Assembly: GCA_963835575.1 (NCBI GenBank)
Contig: CAWIGG010000006.1
Coordinates: 368,857-432,856, forward strand
From: an uncultured Spirochaetota bacterium
GTDB lineage: Bacteria; Spirochaetota; Brevinematia; Brevinematales; JAOACQ01
DNA: 64,000 nt
Direction: 5' to 3'
This document shows, piece after piece, positions 1 through 10,084 of this stretch (position 1 is the first letter of the stretch; each line of letters begins with the position of its first letter). Below the pieces are notes generated by a model. It had not been told where the DNA came from, made no database searches, and saw only the letters and a list, made by a program, of their open reading frames with translations. The position numbers and the translations under genes were made by a program.

Positions 1-1
1 T

Positions 2-679
2 AAGGCGGGACAGCTCCTGGTAGAGCTGGACAGTGATGACCTGAAAGCCCAGGAGGTCCAGGCGGTCGCTTCGATGAAATATGCGAAGCAGAACCTCAAC
101 CTGGCCAGAGTGAGCCTTGACAGGGCAAGGGACGATTTCCAGCGGACGAAATCCCTTTTTGACAGCGGGGTTTCGACAAGGGAACAGTATACCCATGCTT
201 CCAAGACGCTGGAAACGGCCGAGGCGCAGTATTCCATCGCGCAGGCGCAGATAGAGACTTCCAAAGCTCAGCTCGGCATCATAGAAACCCAGCTCGGGAA
301 CACAAAGATCATGGCGCCGATTTCCGGTGTGATCGCGAAAAAGTTGTTCATGCCGGGGGACATCGTCCAGGCAGGCCAGTCCATCTACCTGATCAACGAT
401 CTGGACTTCCTCTGGGTCACGGCTAATTTCGAGGAAACCAAGGTTTCTCATATCCGCCTGGGCGCGGAGGCCGAGATTTATATCGATGCCTATCCGGGCA
501 GGCCTTTTAAGGGCAGGGTGACGCGAATCGCGGCCGGCATTGTCTCGCCGCCTTTTTCCATCGGGGAATTTACCAAAACCACCCAGCGTGTCCCTGTCAG
601 GATCGAGTTTGACAAAATCCCTGAGTCGCTGATCATACTTCCTGGAATGTCGGTTGAAGTCAAAATTAAGGTAAAATAG
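2..679 (+). CDS. HlyD/EmrA-family membrane fusion protein (5'-truncated by window edge)
   Basis: Frame is open from position 2. Coiled-coil hairpin, lipoyl-like 'TKIMAPISGVIAK..G' motif, 'FTKTTQRVPVRI' and 'PGMSVEVKI' typical of EmrA-type adaptors. Confidence 0.9.
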   Translation, partial: KAGQLLVELDSDDLKAQEVQAVASMKYAKQNLNLARVSLDRARDDFQRTKSLFDSGVSTREQYTHASKTLETAEAQYSIAQAQIETSKAQLGIIETQLGNTKIMAPISGVIAKKLFMPGDIVQAGQSIYLINDLDFLWVTANFEETKVSHIRLGAEAEIYIDAYPGRPFKGRVTRIAAGIVSPPFSIGEFTKTTQRVPVRIEFDKIPESLIILPGMSVEVKIKVK

Positions 680-761
680 TTTATACCCGGGATCCTGTTT
701 TTCAAAATGATCAGAAAAAAAATCGGATAACCGGGATAGAGAATAGATAAGAGGTGATAAA

Positions 762-2135
762 ATGAAACAGATATTAACGGCGTTCTTCGTAATACTGCTG
801 GCATTGAATGCCGCCCTGGCCGGAGAAGTCAGAACAATTACCGTCAGCAATGCCGTGGAGCTGGCACTCATGAATAATCTCCAGCTCAAGCAGTCCGGCG
901 ATGATGTCGCGATTGCGAAAGCCCAGCTGGGCCAGAGTTTTGCCGACTATGCCGTTCCGAAGATCAGCGCCAACGGCAGCCTGACCTTTCTGGACCCCCA
1001 GACGGTGAATAACGGAATCCTGGATTCCTTTACAGCGGGCCCGCCGGCCGGCGGTTTTCCTTTTACGCTCATTCCCGTTCAGTACACGAATGTGTTCGCT
1101 GATAATTATTCGGCGGGAATTTCCGTCAATAAGACGCTCTTCACAGGGTTCAGGCTCTGGAATTCCATGCGGGTCAAGCAGATCAGCCTGGACCTGGCGA
1201 ACAGAAAATACGAGGATAAAAAGAAAGAAATCACTTACAATACGCTTTACTCATTTTACAATCTGTTCCTCCTCAGGGAAAATATAAAGCTTTCGGAGGG
1301 ACAGGACGCATCGCTGTCAAACCAGGTGAGGAATATCGGGCTGAACTATGTCAACGGTTCCGCGTCCGAATATGACAAGATCAGGGTCAACGTGCTGTAT
1401 AAATACAACCAGCCCAGGCTTCTCACTGCCAGGAACGCTTATCAGACGGCCAGGATCTCGCTCTGCGATTCCATAGGGATCAAGGATTATGACGATGTTG
1501 AATTCATCGGGAATCTCATGGATTATACCAACCTGATCCTGACTGATTTAACGGAGTCCAATGTTCTGGAGAAAGCGTTCTCCAACGACATAGGTTTGAA
1601 AACGATGGACTATTCCATTGAGATCCTGAAGGTAACGAAAGACATTAATGACGGGGCGAAATACCCGACGCTCTCCGCGTTCTTCAATTATAAAACAGAT
1701 TATGAGAAATACAACATGACGAATGCCGGAAGGGACTGGGTGACGGGGTGGAACACGGGACTTCAGCTTTCCATTCCGATCGACGACTGGCTCCCTGTTT
1801 CCAGAACCGCAAACTCCGTTGAGGAAGTCAACGCCAATATCCGTAAAAGCTTGAACGCCCGGGAGCAAATGGCCGAAAACCTGTCTCTCCAGGTCAAGTC
1901 GCTTCTTATGCAGCTGGAGGTGGCGAAGATCAATGTCGGGAGCCAGCTGGAAGGGCTGAACCAGGCTCAGCTCGGGCTTGATGTCGCGAATAAGAGATAC
2001 GGAGCGGGAGCGGCGCTTGCTTCGGAAATCATCGATTCGGAATTTTCATTCACGCAGGCGCAGATGGGCTATCTCCAGGCGGTTTTTGACTATTACACCA
2101 GTATTTTGAAGCTCAAACGCCTGACGGGGGAATAA
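762..2135 (+). CDS. TolC-family outer membrane efflux protein
   Basis: Signal peptide, two OEP-like repeats, downstream of the MFP, SD-like gaggtg. Confidence 0.88.
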   Translation: MKQILTAFFVILLALNAALAGEVRTITVSNAVELALMNNLQLKQSGDDVAIAKAQLGQSFADYAVPKISANGSLTFLDPQTVNNGILDSFTAGPPAGGFPFTLIPVQYTNVFADNYSAGISVNKTLFTGFRLWNSMRVKQISLDLANRKYEDKKKEITYNTLYSFYNLFLLRENIKLSEGQDASLSNQVRNIGLNYVNGSASEYDKIRVNVLYKYNQPRLLTARNAYQTARISLCDSIGIKDYDDVEFIGNLMDYTNLILTDLTESNVLEKAFSNDIGLKTMDYSIEILKVTKDINDGAKYPTLSAFFNYKTDYEKYNMTNAGRDWVTGWNTGLQLSIPIDDWLPVSRTANSVEEVNANIRKSLNAREQMAENLSLQVKSLLMQLEVAKINVGSQLEGLNQAQLGLDVANKRYGAGAALASEIIDSEFSFTQAQMGYLQAVFDYYTSILKLKRLTGE

Positions 2136-2183
2136 AATACCGGTTCACCCCGGATAAAACGCATCTTATTTGAAAAGATATAA

Positions 2184-2476
2184 TTCACAGGAAGACGGGA
2201 AGGCACGAAGAGATGTGGAATTAGTTAAACTCTTATGATATTGTTAAAACTTATTACCAAGTATAGAATTGGGTAATATTTTTTAGAAAGGTTTATGAGA
2301 ATGCAGCGCTTCAGAAAATAAAAAAGTCACAGACTTTAAGACAGTCCCTTAAAAAACACTGAAGATTCTGTAAAATTTCTGAATTATAATATAGTTTGAA
2401 CAACATAGAAAATATTTTCATTTCACAATGGCTAAAGCTAAGTGCGGCTCTTCGTGTCTTCCTTTCTTCCTGTGAA
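2184..2476. repeat. AT-rich intergenic unit bounded by 29-bp imperfect inverted repeats (MITE/REP-like)
   Basis: 2184-2212 TTCACAGGAAGACGGGAAGGCACGAAGAG vs reverse complement of 2448-2476 TTCACAGGAAGAAAGGAAGACACGAAGAG. Confidence 0.6.
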
Positions 2477-2666
2477 ATGAACTTAGAGTAGTATTTATAA
2501 AATGAAATTCCAAAAAATATGCAAGGACCGAATGGAACAAAATATTTTCACAGGTTTGTCACTGTCAAAAGTTGTGGTCCTGGGGATTTTTTAAATTTTC
2601 CGGTTCTTTTGACATATAATCGGGCCTTCATTAAATTATTCTCTAATTCTGATTAAGAAGGTTTTT

Positions 2667-2945
2667 ATGAGCGTCTTTGAAATTATCATGCTTCTCTGTT
2701 TCGGGGCCGCGTGGCCCTTCTCGATTTATAAATCCTACCGCTCCGGGTCAAATAATGGTAAAAGTATTATTTTTCTTCTGATTGTATTGATTGGATATGC
2801 CGCGGGGGTTCTGCATAAGATTTATTATAATTTTAATATGGTCATCGTTTTTTACTGCGTCAATCTGGCAATGGTAGCGCTGGACTGCCTGATCTTTATC
2901 AGGAACAGCAGGCTCGGCGCGGTCAGAAAAATAAAAACTGATTAA
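2667..2945 (+). CDS. Small membrane protein (PQ-loop/SemiSWEET-like, 3 TM)
   Basis: 92 aa, three hydrophobic segments, 'CFGAAWPFSIYKSYRS..NGKS' motif. Confidence 0.7.
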   Translation: MSVFEIIMLLCFGAAWPFSIYKSYRSGSNNGKSIIFLLIVLIGYAAGVLHKIYYNFNMVIVFYCVNLAMVALDCLIFIRNSRLGAVRKIKTD

Positions 2946-3133
2946 AGCTGGAATGTGAAAAAAACCGGCTGGAAAAAAACCTCCTTACGGGGTCTGGTTT
3001 ATAACATTTTGTGAAACAATTAAAACACCGGTAATTCCGCGTAAAGGATTTCTTTATAAAAAGCTTTTTTTCTTGATTTATTTTGCGAGAAAGAATAATA
3101 TTTTAAAATTGAAAGGTATAAGAGGTAGATAAA

Positions 3134-3577
3134 ATGCCTGTTTCAAAGACTGATATTGAAAATTGCTTAAGTTATTTTGACAGAGGATACAGCTGCGCCG
3201 AATCCGTGGCTTTAACGGGCATGGAGCTGGCGGGAATACGGACGGAACTTGTCCCGAAGATCGCGACAGGTTTCTCGGGCGGTGTCTGCCGGACAAAGTC
3301 GCTCTGCGGGGCTGTGGCCGGGGCTGTTCTTGTCCTCGGCGCCAGGTACGGCCGGATGAAACCGGAGGATGACAGGACGCTCTTAAACGCAAAGGTCCAG
3401 GTTTTTATGGGCGAATTCAGGGAAAAATTCGGCAGCGACAACTGCTATGAACTGACGGGAATTGACTTCAACGCTCCCGGGGGACAGGAAGCGTATAAAA
3501 ACAAAACCCACAGGCAGATCTGTCATAAATTAGTGGAGTTTGCCATAACAAAACTCGGGGAATTGATCGAAGAGTAA
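3134..3577 (+). CDS. C-GCAxxG-C-C family putative redox protein
   Basis: 'YSCAESV', 'GFSGG', 'LCGAVAG', 'FGSDNC' and a C-terminal Cys. Confidence 0.9.
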   Translation: MPVSKTDIENCLSYFDRGYSCAESVALTGMELAGIRTELVPKIATGFSGGVCRTKSLCGAVAGAVLVLGARYGRMKPEDDRTLLNAKVQVFMGEFREKFGSDNCYELTGIDFNAPGGQEAYKNKTHRQICHKLVEFAITKLGELIEE

Positions 3578-3773
3578 AAACCCATTTTATGATTTAATTT
3601 ATGCTGCCGGCTTTTTTATTTGCCGCTAAAAAACACGGTTTTGTCTGAAATCCGGATCGTATTTTATCATGCTTATCCTGGAGCTGTTTTTTTATTTCAG
3701 CCGGCCAGGCACAGAAAATAATAACGGCTCTAATCAATGGATAGAGGCGCAATAGAAAAAGGAAGTATGCCTT

Positions 3774-4841
3774 ATGGTTAAAAAAAGTTTCTATTTTATT
3801 CTGAGTCTTATGATTTCAGCCGGAGTTTTTTCTATTATTTATTGCGAATCCGAAAAGCCTGCCATAATTAAAAGCGACGCTGAAAGCATGGGTTATAAGG
3901 GTAAAGTGAAAACCGTGAAGGAGGCGTCCTACTATTCATTGGGGGATTCCAAGCCGAAAATAGAGGAAATAAATATCTGGAAGTATGATGAAAAAGGGAA
4001 CAAGCTTTTTTACAGCAGGGAGGAATGGGGCCCCGATTATCTTAAACGCTTCCGTTTTGAATACGCCTATGCCGATGGCCGGAAAAAATCCCTGAAGCAT
4101 ATTGTGACTTATCTTAATAACAGCGAAAAGGAAGCGGGCCATACTGAATATTCCTATAGAACGGATGGCCTTCTTAATTCCGAAAAAACTTATTCCTGTG
4201 ATAATGAAAAAAATGACTGGGAATTGGAATCGCAGCATATCTATGATTATGACAATAAAGGCAATCTTTTGAAGGATACATACAATGAAATTAAAAAAGA
4301 TGCAAATTCCCGTGTTTCCATGCTGGGGTTGTCTTTTGATTCGGTTACTGAATTTGAGTATGATGGGAACGGAAAGGTCAAATCGGAGACCGAAACCAGA
4401 GCGGGCAGAGAACCTTTTCACAGGACAAGGACAGTTTATGAATATAACGATGCCGGTGATATTAAGAAAGAGACTTTCGATGTGGACGGCACCGTATCTG
4501 TTACTGAATATGAATATTTTAAGGGGTTATTAACTCGAACTGTGGAATTTTATACTGAGTATCAGAAAAAACACCAGACTGTAAAATTGTATGAGTATGA
4601 TAAAGCCGGTAATTTGAAGCGTGAGATTACGGTTTATTTGAATGATGAATATGTGGAAACCCGCAGCGTTACCGCGGAGGAATATAGTTATGACTCAAAG
4701 GGGAATATAACCAAAAAGCAGGATCAGTACTGGTTCACTGATACAACACATGATGTCCCCTATGAAGAATTCGATCCGGCGAAGTGCAAATTTTTATTAA
4801 ACTCAAGATATAAAATAATAAAGTTTGAATACTGGAAATGA
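3774..4841 (+). CDS. Secreted YD/RHS-repeat-like protein
   Basis: N-terminal signal; repeated 'YEYDxxGN' units; 'KGKVKTVKE' start motif. Confidence 0.7.
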   Translation: MVKKSFYFILSLMISAGVFSIIYCESEKPAIIKSDAESMGYKGKVKTVKEASYYSLGDSKPKIEEINIWKYDEKGNKLFYSREEWGPDYLKRFRFEYAYADGRKKSLKHIVTYLNNSEKEAGHTEYSYRTDGLLNSEKTYSCDNEKNDWELESQHIYDYDNKGNLLKDTYNEIKKDANSRVSMLGLSFDSVTEFEYDGNGKVKSETETRAGREPFHRTRTVYEYNDAGDIKKETFDVDGTVSVTEYEYFKGLLTRTVEFYTEYQKKHQTVKLYEYDKAGNLKREITVYLNDEYVETRSVTAEEYSYDSKGNITKKQDQYWFTDTTHDVPYEEFDPAKCKFLLNSRYKIIKFEYWK

Positions 4842-4858
4842 GTCGACCTTAGCCCATG

Positions 4859-4891
4859 CTATTTCGGTATGGCCTGCTCAAGGTCCGCGAT
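4859..4891 (-). pseudogene. Orphan copy of the last 11 codons of the trans-sulfuration gene
   Basis: Translates to IADLEQAIPK*, identical to 6039-6071 but with synonymous differences. Confidence 0.75.
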
Positions 4892-5229
4892 GAACGCTAA
4901 CAAAGGAAGAAAGTTTATCAAACTGATGAAATCCTGAATGGTATTAATCAATCAAGACCATTGCGCAGTAAACTTAAGATAATTCCCTGCAAAAGTCTTC
5001 AATCGTCAATAATTACATTTCATTTATTTTCATTCTTCATTAAATATTCGACAATCAATAACAGTCATTCCAGTTTTGGAAACATTTCACATCTATTCTT
5101 TTCTGCCTATCAGCGGAACAGGCCAGTCTGCGCTGTAGAATCCTGATGAGTTATTCAGATCTTATAAGCAGCAAAATATTTTTTATTATTTTATCAAAAT
5201 TCAGTAGTTTGAAACGTATTATTAATAAA

Positions 5230-5432
5230 GGGCAGTTCCAAAAACTCAAAATCAATCAGATATTTCCAACATAGGTTTTGGAACTGCCCCGGTTATATAA
5301 TCTCTTGTAAATTTAATTGGCGCTACCGTATAGAGTTCACTGGTTGATGATCTTTTCAGACAGAGAACTCGGGCGGTAGCATGAACTCATATAATAGCGG
5401 CAGTTCTAAATATTTGAGTTTTTAGAACTGCC
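5230..5432. repeat. Nested inverted-repeat element (GGCAGTTCYAAA arms)
   Basis: Hairpins at 5230-5289 and 5399-5432; outer 20-bp IR (5231-5250 / 5413-5432); internal GCTACCG...CGGTAGC stem. Confidence 0.6.
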
Positions 5433-5490
5433 ATAAAAAGAGTCCATTTAAATTGTGATATGTCTAAATTTATATATTAAGGAGGATGAA

Positions 5491-5973
5491 ATGATAATCA
5501 GGTTCTTTTCAGGTCTATTGGTAATGACAGCTCTCATGGCGTTTCTCGCCTGCTCTCAGCAGCCGGGAGACAATGGAAGCTCCGGTTCTTCTTCATCTAG
5601 TGCGGGCACCAGCAGTTCTTCAACCGGTGGCAGCTCATCAGCAGGGACTAGTTCTTCTGCCGGACAGAAAATAACGATATCCGGTACCATTACTCTTCCC
5701 GCTCCGCAGATCGGCAAGTTATATTTAATTGACTTCGATACAAACAGCGGCAGCGGCTCTGTGTCTAATATTGCCGGATTTACATCCGGAAGCACAATCT
5801 CCTATTCAGTCGGAAATCTTCCGGCAGGAGATTATATGTTCATGGGATGGGTGGATGTTGACGGCAGCACATCAGTGAATTCCGGGGATTATATGTCATT
5901 CTTCCCGGGATTAGCATCGACCACCAATCTGACAGCGGATTCAACAATCGATTTTACTCTTGCCACATACTAA
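5491..5973 (+). CDS. Lipoprotein with Ser-rich linker
   Basis: SD aaggagg, lipobox 'FLAC', poly-Ser linker, beta-rich C-terminal domain. Confidence 0.75.
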   Translation: MIIRFFSGLLVMTALMAFLACSQQPGDNGSSGSSSSSAGTSSSSTGGSSSAGTSSSAGQKITISGTITLPAPQIGKLYLIDFDTNSGSGSVSNIAGFTSGSTISYSVGNLPAGDYMFMGWVDVDGSTSVNSGDYMSFFPGLASTTNLTADSTIDFTLATY

Positions 5974-5986
5974 AAAAAAGAAAAAT

Positions 5987-6006
5987 AGCGGGGCGGAAGC
6001 CCCGCT
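5987..6006. terminator. Probable bidirectional intrinsic terminator
   Basis: AGCGGGGC-GGAA-GCCCCGCT between convergent genes, A-rich on the left and T-rich on the right. Confidence 0.65.
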
Positions 6007-6038
6007 TGTAATTATTTTATTTTGATCTGCATTTACTT

Positions 6039-7223
6039 TTATTTCGGTATCGCCTGCTCCAGATCGGCGATGATGTCCTCGGAATTTTCCACGCCCAGCG
6101 CCAGCCGGATTAGTCCGTCCTTGATGCCCAGTTTCAGCCGTTCCTCCCTTGTGTAATCGTAGTAGCTGATGGACGCAGGGTGCGTTATGAGGGACTCGAC
6201 GCCGCCCAGGCTCGGCCCGATATTAATGATCTTGAGGGCGCTCAGGAATTTATGGACATACTGGATGTCGTCCTTCATCTCGAACGTCACCACGCCGCCG
6301 AAGCCGCTCATCTGTTCCCGGGCCACAGTAAAATGAGGATGGCTGGGCAGGCCGGGATAGTAGACCCTTTTGATCATCGGGTGCGATTCCAGGAATTCCG
6401 CTATTTTCTGTCCGTTTTCGTTATGCCGCATCATGCGCAGTTCAAATGTCTTCAAACCGCGGATCAGTAAATAAGACGAAAACGGGTCGATAACGCCGCC
6501 GGTCGTTTTGAGAAAATCCCGGATGGGGTCCGTCAGGTTTTTTTTGCCGAGCACGACGCCTGCCAGGAGATCGTTATGGCCGCCGAAATATTTGGTGGCG
6601 CTGTGAATAACCAGGTGCACGCCGTATTCAAGCGGCTTCTGGTTGAACGGGGTCGCGAAAGTGCTGTCGGAAATAACAGTAATGCCGGGATGCTTATTGA
6701 AGATGTTCATCAACCGTTCAAGGTCCATAATGTTCAGGTAGGGGTTCGTAGGCGATTCGGAAATAAAGACCTTCGTGTTTTTCTTTATGGCGCTTTCGAT
6801 CGCGTCATAATCGCACATCTTGACGATGGTGCATTCTATATTAAACTTCGGCAGCCTTGTCTTGCAGAAATCAAGGGTCCGTTTGTAGGCGTCGTCGGTC
6901 AGGATAACATGGTCGCCGGCGTTCAGCAGGGCGAAAAGCGTTGTCGTCAAAGCGCTCATACCGGAGGAAAATAATATGGCGTCCTCGGTGCCTTCAAGGG
7001 CGGCCAGTTTTCCCTCTGCGGCAAGCTGGGTCGGATGTCCGTAGCGGCCGTACTCGAACCTGTTTTTCGCGCCCGTGGCAAGCTCGCTGATCTCTTTTGT
7101 ATTTTTAAAAATAAATGTCGAGCTCTGAACTATCGGCGTTGTGATGGAACCGTATTCATTATAGCGGATCTCGCCGGCGTGCACTGCCTTTGTTGAAAAG
7201 CCCTGGTTTTCCTTTTTCCCCAT
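6039..7223 (-). CDS. PLP-dependent trans-sulfuration enzyme (cystathionine gamma-synthase-like)
   Basis: 'YGRYGHPT', 'ESPTNP', 'HSATKYFGGHNDL' (PLP lysine), 'SLGGVESL'; SD AGGAGG before ATG 7223. Confidence 0.92.
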   Translation of the reverse strand: MGKKENQGFSTKAVHAGEIRYNEYGSITTPIVQSSTFIFKNTKEISELATGAKNRFEYGRYGHPTQLAAEGKLAALEGTEDAILFSSGMSALTTTLFALLNAGDHVILTDDAYKRTLDFCKTRLPKFNIECTIVKMCDYDAIESAIKKNTKVFISESPTNPYLNIMDLERLMNIFNKHPGITVISDSTFATPFNQKPLEYGVHLVIHSATKYFGGHNDLLAGVVLGKKNLTDPIRDFLKTTGGVIDPFSSYLLIRGLKTFELRMMRHNENGQKIAEFLESHPMIKRVYYPGLPSHPHFTVAREQMSGFGGVVTFEMKDDIQYVHKFLSALKIINIGPSLGGVESLITHPASISYYDYTREERLKLGIKDGLIRLALGVENSEDIIADLEQAIPK

Positions 7224-7634
7224 ATTAAGCCTCCTTTTCAAGGTCCATTAATAATATCAACAATTAGTTATCATACCATTAAGCCCAGTTTTTTGCAAAA
7301 ATCGGCTGGTAAAGTCTATTGACTTTTTACCTCCGATCCTCAAGACAGCGTCTGAGACAATGGAATGACGATTAAATCCTGTTAATATGGCGGCATGGCG
7401 GGATTTCGCATATCGCGGATCAACTTTACAATCGTAAAATAAATTTGTATTGACAAGAATTCTTCTTTCATATAGAATATCCCTCATGGGATTATAAAAA
7501 TTCAAGCCGGTAATTAAAAACCCGCGAAAGCTTTTTTTTACATAAAAAAAATAGTAATTTATTATATTAATTAGGGTTATTATCATTCAAAAATGAGATT
7601 TCTGATGATTTGATTTTGATCTGCCGGGGGTTTT

Positions 7635-8717
7635 ATGAATAGATTGGCAAACAACAATAAAAGTCATCTGAATGCCGAGCAAAAAAGGAAATATATTCTG
7701 CTCCGGATGATATTTATAATATGTATGCTGATCTTTGCCATATTGTTTGCCTTGTTTTTTTATCTTCAGATCCGGGTCTTATGGATTTTCAATATTTTTT
7801 GTTTCAGTATTTTAATATTAAATTTTTTCCTTATTAAAAAGGAAAAATTTCTTTTGTCCTTACAATTAACGGTTTTGGTAATTATTGCTCATTCAATGTT
7901 CGACTCCTACTGTCTGGGCTGGAAAAGTAATTTCTGGCTGTATTTGATCACTTCAGGAATGATAATTGTCAATTCGTTATCCCTAAAAATAAAATGGAAA
8001 ATCCTGGAAGTCGTTCTTTTTTCAGCTCTTTTAATTGCATTGTATATTTTGACTGGAAATGGTTCTCAAGTTTATACAATCCGGCCGGAGATACTGGAAG
8101 CGATCTCTATATATAATATCATAACTGCGGTCTTTACCCTTCTGTTTATATCGTTCTTTAATTTCATGGAAACCGACTCACTGCAGAAAAAGCTGAAGGA
8201 TCTGTCTGAAATTGACAGTTTGACAGGAGCATATAACAGGAGGTTTTTCAACCATTATCTGGACATAGAGATCCGGAGGATGGTCAGTCAACTTCAATAT
8301 AAACTGGATGGAAGAGTCAATTTCGGGATCGCAATGCTGGACGTTGACAACTTTAAAGAGATCAATGATCAATTCGGGCACTTGATCGGTGACAATGTCC
8401 TTATGGATATAGCACGGATCGTTAAGTCTGTATTATTTGAAAGGGATATCCTTTGCCGCTACGGAGGAGACGAGTTTGTAATTCTCTATACTTCAACCTC
8501 CCGGGAAGGGGCCATCCTGGCCAATGAAAAGATCCGCAAGATTGTGGATAACCATACTTTTTTTCTGAACCAGGATCATCCGATGAAACACATCACTATA
8601 AGCATTGGATTTGCGAATTTTGATGAGGAGCCCGATATTTACAAACTGCTGGACCTGGCCGATAAAAGGGTTTATAAAGCCAAGAAAAACGGCAGGAATC
8701 AGGTGATCAGTGATTAA
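7635..8717 (+). CDS. Membrane-bound diguanylate cyclase
   Basis: N-terminal TM helices; 'DSLTGAYNRR', 'DVDNFKEIND.FGH..GD', 'RYGGDEF'. Confidence 0.93.
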   Translation: MNRLANNNKSHLNAEQKRKYILLRMIFIICMLIFAILFALFFYLQIRVLWIFNIFCFSILILNFFLIKKEKFLLSLQLTVLVIIAHSMFDSYCLGWKSNFWLYLITSGMIIVNSLSLKIKWKILEVVLFSALLIALYILTGNGSQVYTIRPEILEAISIYNIITAVFTLLFISFFNFMETDSLQKKLKDLSEIDSLTGAYNRRFFNHYLDIEIRRMVSQLQYKLDGRVNFGIAMLDVDNFKEINDQFGHLIGDNVLMDIARIVKSVLFERDILCRYGGDEFVILYTSTSREGAILANEKIRKIVDNHTFFLNQDHPMKHITISIGFANFDEEPDIYKLLDLADKRVYKAKKNGRNQVISD

Positions 8718-8858
8718 GCAAAGAATTTATAATCTGCCATGCTGACTTAAACGGCTCTTTGAAAACTGAAGCAAAGGTAATTTCCTATAAAAGTAGATGA
8801 ATGCTTTTGAATGAAACAAGCGTTGAAATTGACGGCCTTCCAACAGGGGGAATAACGA

Positions 8859-9263
8859 CTAATCAAGATAAAATAATTCATATATATTTGTTTCTTCCGG
8901 GTCATAAAAAACAATAACATTACTGCCTTTTACCATGCGTTTTGTCATATTATCCCAATGTTCTTTTGAAGGCCAGTGCACGAAGAGGGAGCCTTCGCCG
9001 TTTATTGCCGTTCCTTTATAATCTTTATATTTAAATTTTATTTTATAGCCGGCGTCCTCGTCAACAACCAGTTTGGAGGATGTGATGACTCCAATGGTTT
9101 TAATGGATGTAAATATAAAATAGTGCAGGTATTCCTTATAGGCGATGGATCTGCTGTTTTCTTTGACGAACGATGAACCGCCGTACATTTTATTCTTCAT
9201 TTTTTCTATCCGGGATTTCAATCCCGGATCATTGAGCAGTTCATGTACGCTTTTCCCTTTCAT
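8859..9263 (-). CDS. Hypothetical protein (DUF3592-like C-terminus)
   Basis: 134-aa ORF ending 'KGSNVIVFYDPE'. Confidence 0.5.
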   Translation of the reverse strand: MKGKSVHELLNDPGLKSRIEKMKNKMYGGSSFVKENSRSIAYKEYLHYFIFTSIKTIGVITSSKLVVDEDAGYKIKFKYKDYKGTAINGEGSLFVHWPSKEHWDNMTKRMVKGSNVIVFYDPEETNIYELFYLD

Positions 9264-9373
9264 ACATTGATCCTTGAATTTACTATGTGATTCCGATTAA
9301 CTGCTGCCTGCTTAGTCTGCCGAAAAAAATGCAAAAAGACCGGCAAATCGGCAAAAAAATTAAACAGTGATTT

Positions 9374-10006
9374 TTATTTCACGGCAAAAATGATGTCGGA
9401 GAGCGTTATTTCCTTTTTATCAAAGCAGAAATGATAGAGCCTCTGCTTTTCGAAACCGGCTGTATATCCGTCAATGACCGTCTTCAGCCAGTCTATTTCG
9501 GCTTTGAGTTTCCAGTGCTGTCCGGCCCTCGAAAACAGAACGAGAAAGAGCCGGTTTTTATAGTGCATTCTCCTTTCCCGTGATTGATTTTCATAGAGCC
9601 ACAGGATGAGGCTGTAGGGGTCATTCCGCGCCTCGGCCAGTGTTTTTCCATAGCCAGCAGGGAATACAGATGTCTTCAGATCGAACTTGATGCCGCCGAT
9701 CTCAAAATCGGAGAAACGGTTTTTTCTGTCGGCTTCCGCCTTGACATGGGGCGAGGCGGCGAAGATATGCTCTAACGCCATGGCCGACCAGAAATTGTAC
9801 CACCGGTTCAGCGCGTAATCCTTCAGGGCTGTATAATCCTCACGGCCGCCGAAGTTTCTATCTGCTGTATCGATGAGTTTGTCATATTCAACGATGGAAT
9901 AGATAAAATCCGTCAATCTGTCATATCGGTTGTCCTGAATCTTTCCCCAGTCATAAGGGACAAACCACCGCTTTTTTAATTCGGTTTCGATTTTAATGAG
10001 ATCCAT
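9374..10006 (-). CDS. Hypothetical protein, possible PD-(D/E)xK nuclease fold
   Basis: 210 aa with SD; 'SDFEIGGIKFDLKTS' resembles a D...DxK motif. Confidence 0.55.
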   Translation of the reverse strand: MDLIKIETELKKRWFVPYDWGKIQDNRYDRLTDFIYSIVEYDKLIDTADRNFGGREDYTALKDYALNRWYNFWSAMALEHIFAASPHVKAEADRKNRFSDFEIGGIKFDLKTSVFPAGYGKTLAEARNDPYSLILWLYENQSRERRMHYKNRLFLVLFSRAGQHWKLKAEIDWLKTVIDGYTAGFEKQRLYHFCFDKKEITLSDIIFAVK

Positions 10007-10084
10007 ATTGTTTTTCCCCGATAAAATAAAAAATAATATCTTCTATAACAGGTAAGCCCGGATATTCGAAGGTCTCTCTATTAA

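Noticed and set aside
7257..7586. 109-aa ORF or SAM riboswitch upstream of the trans-sulfuration gene
   Set aside because: Low-complexity intergenic ORF; I could not identify SAM-I core motifs by eye.
8756..8770. CTCTTTGAAAACTG resembling an rRNA boxA element
   Set aside because: No rRNA or tRNA follows; it lies between convergent protein genes.
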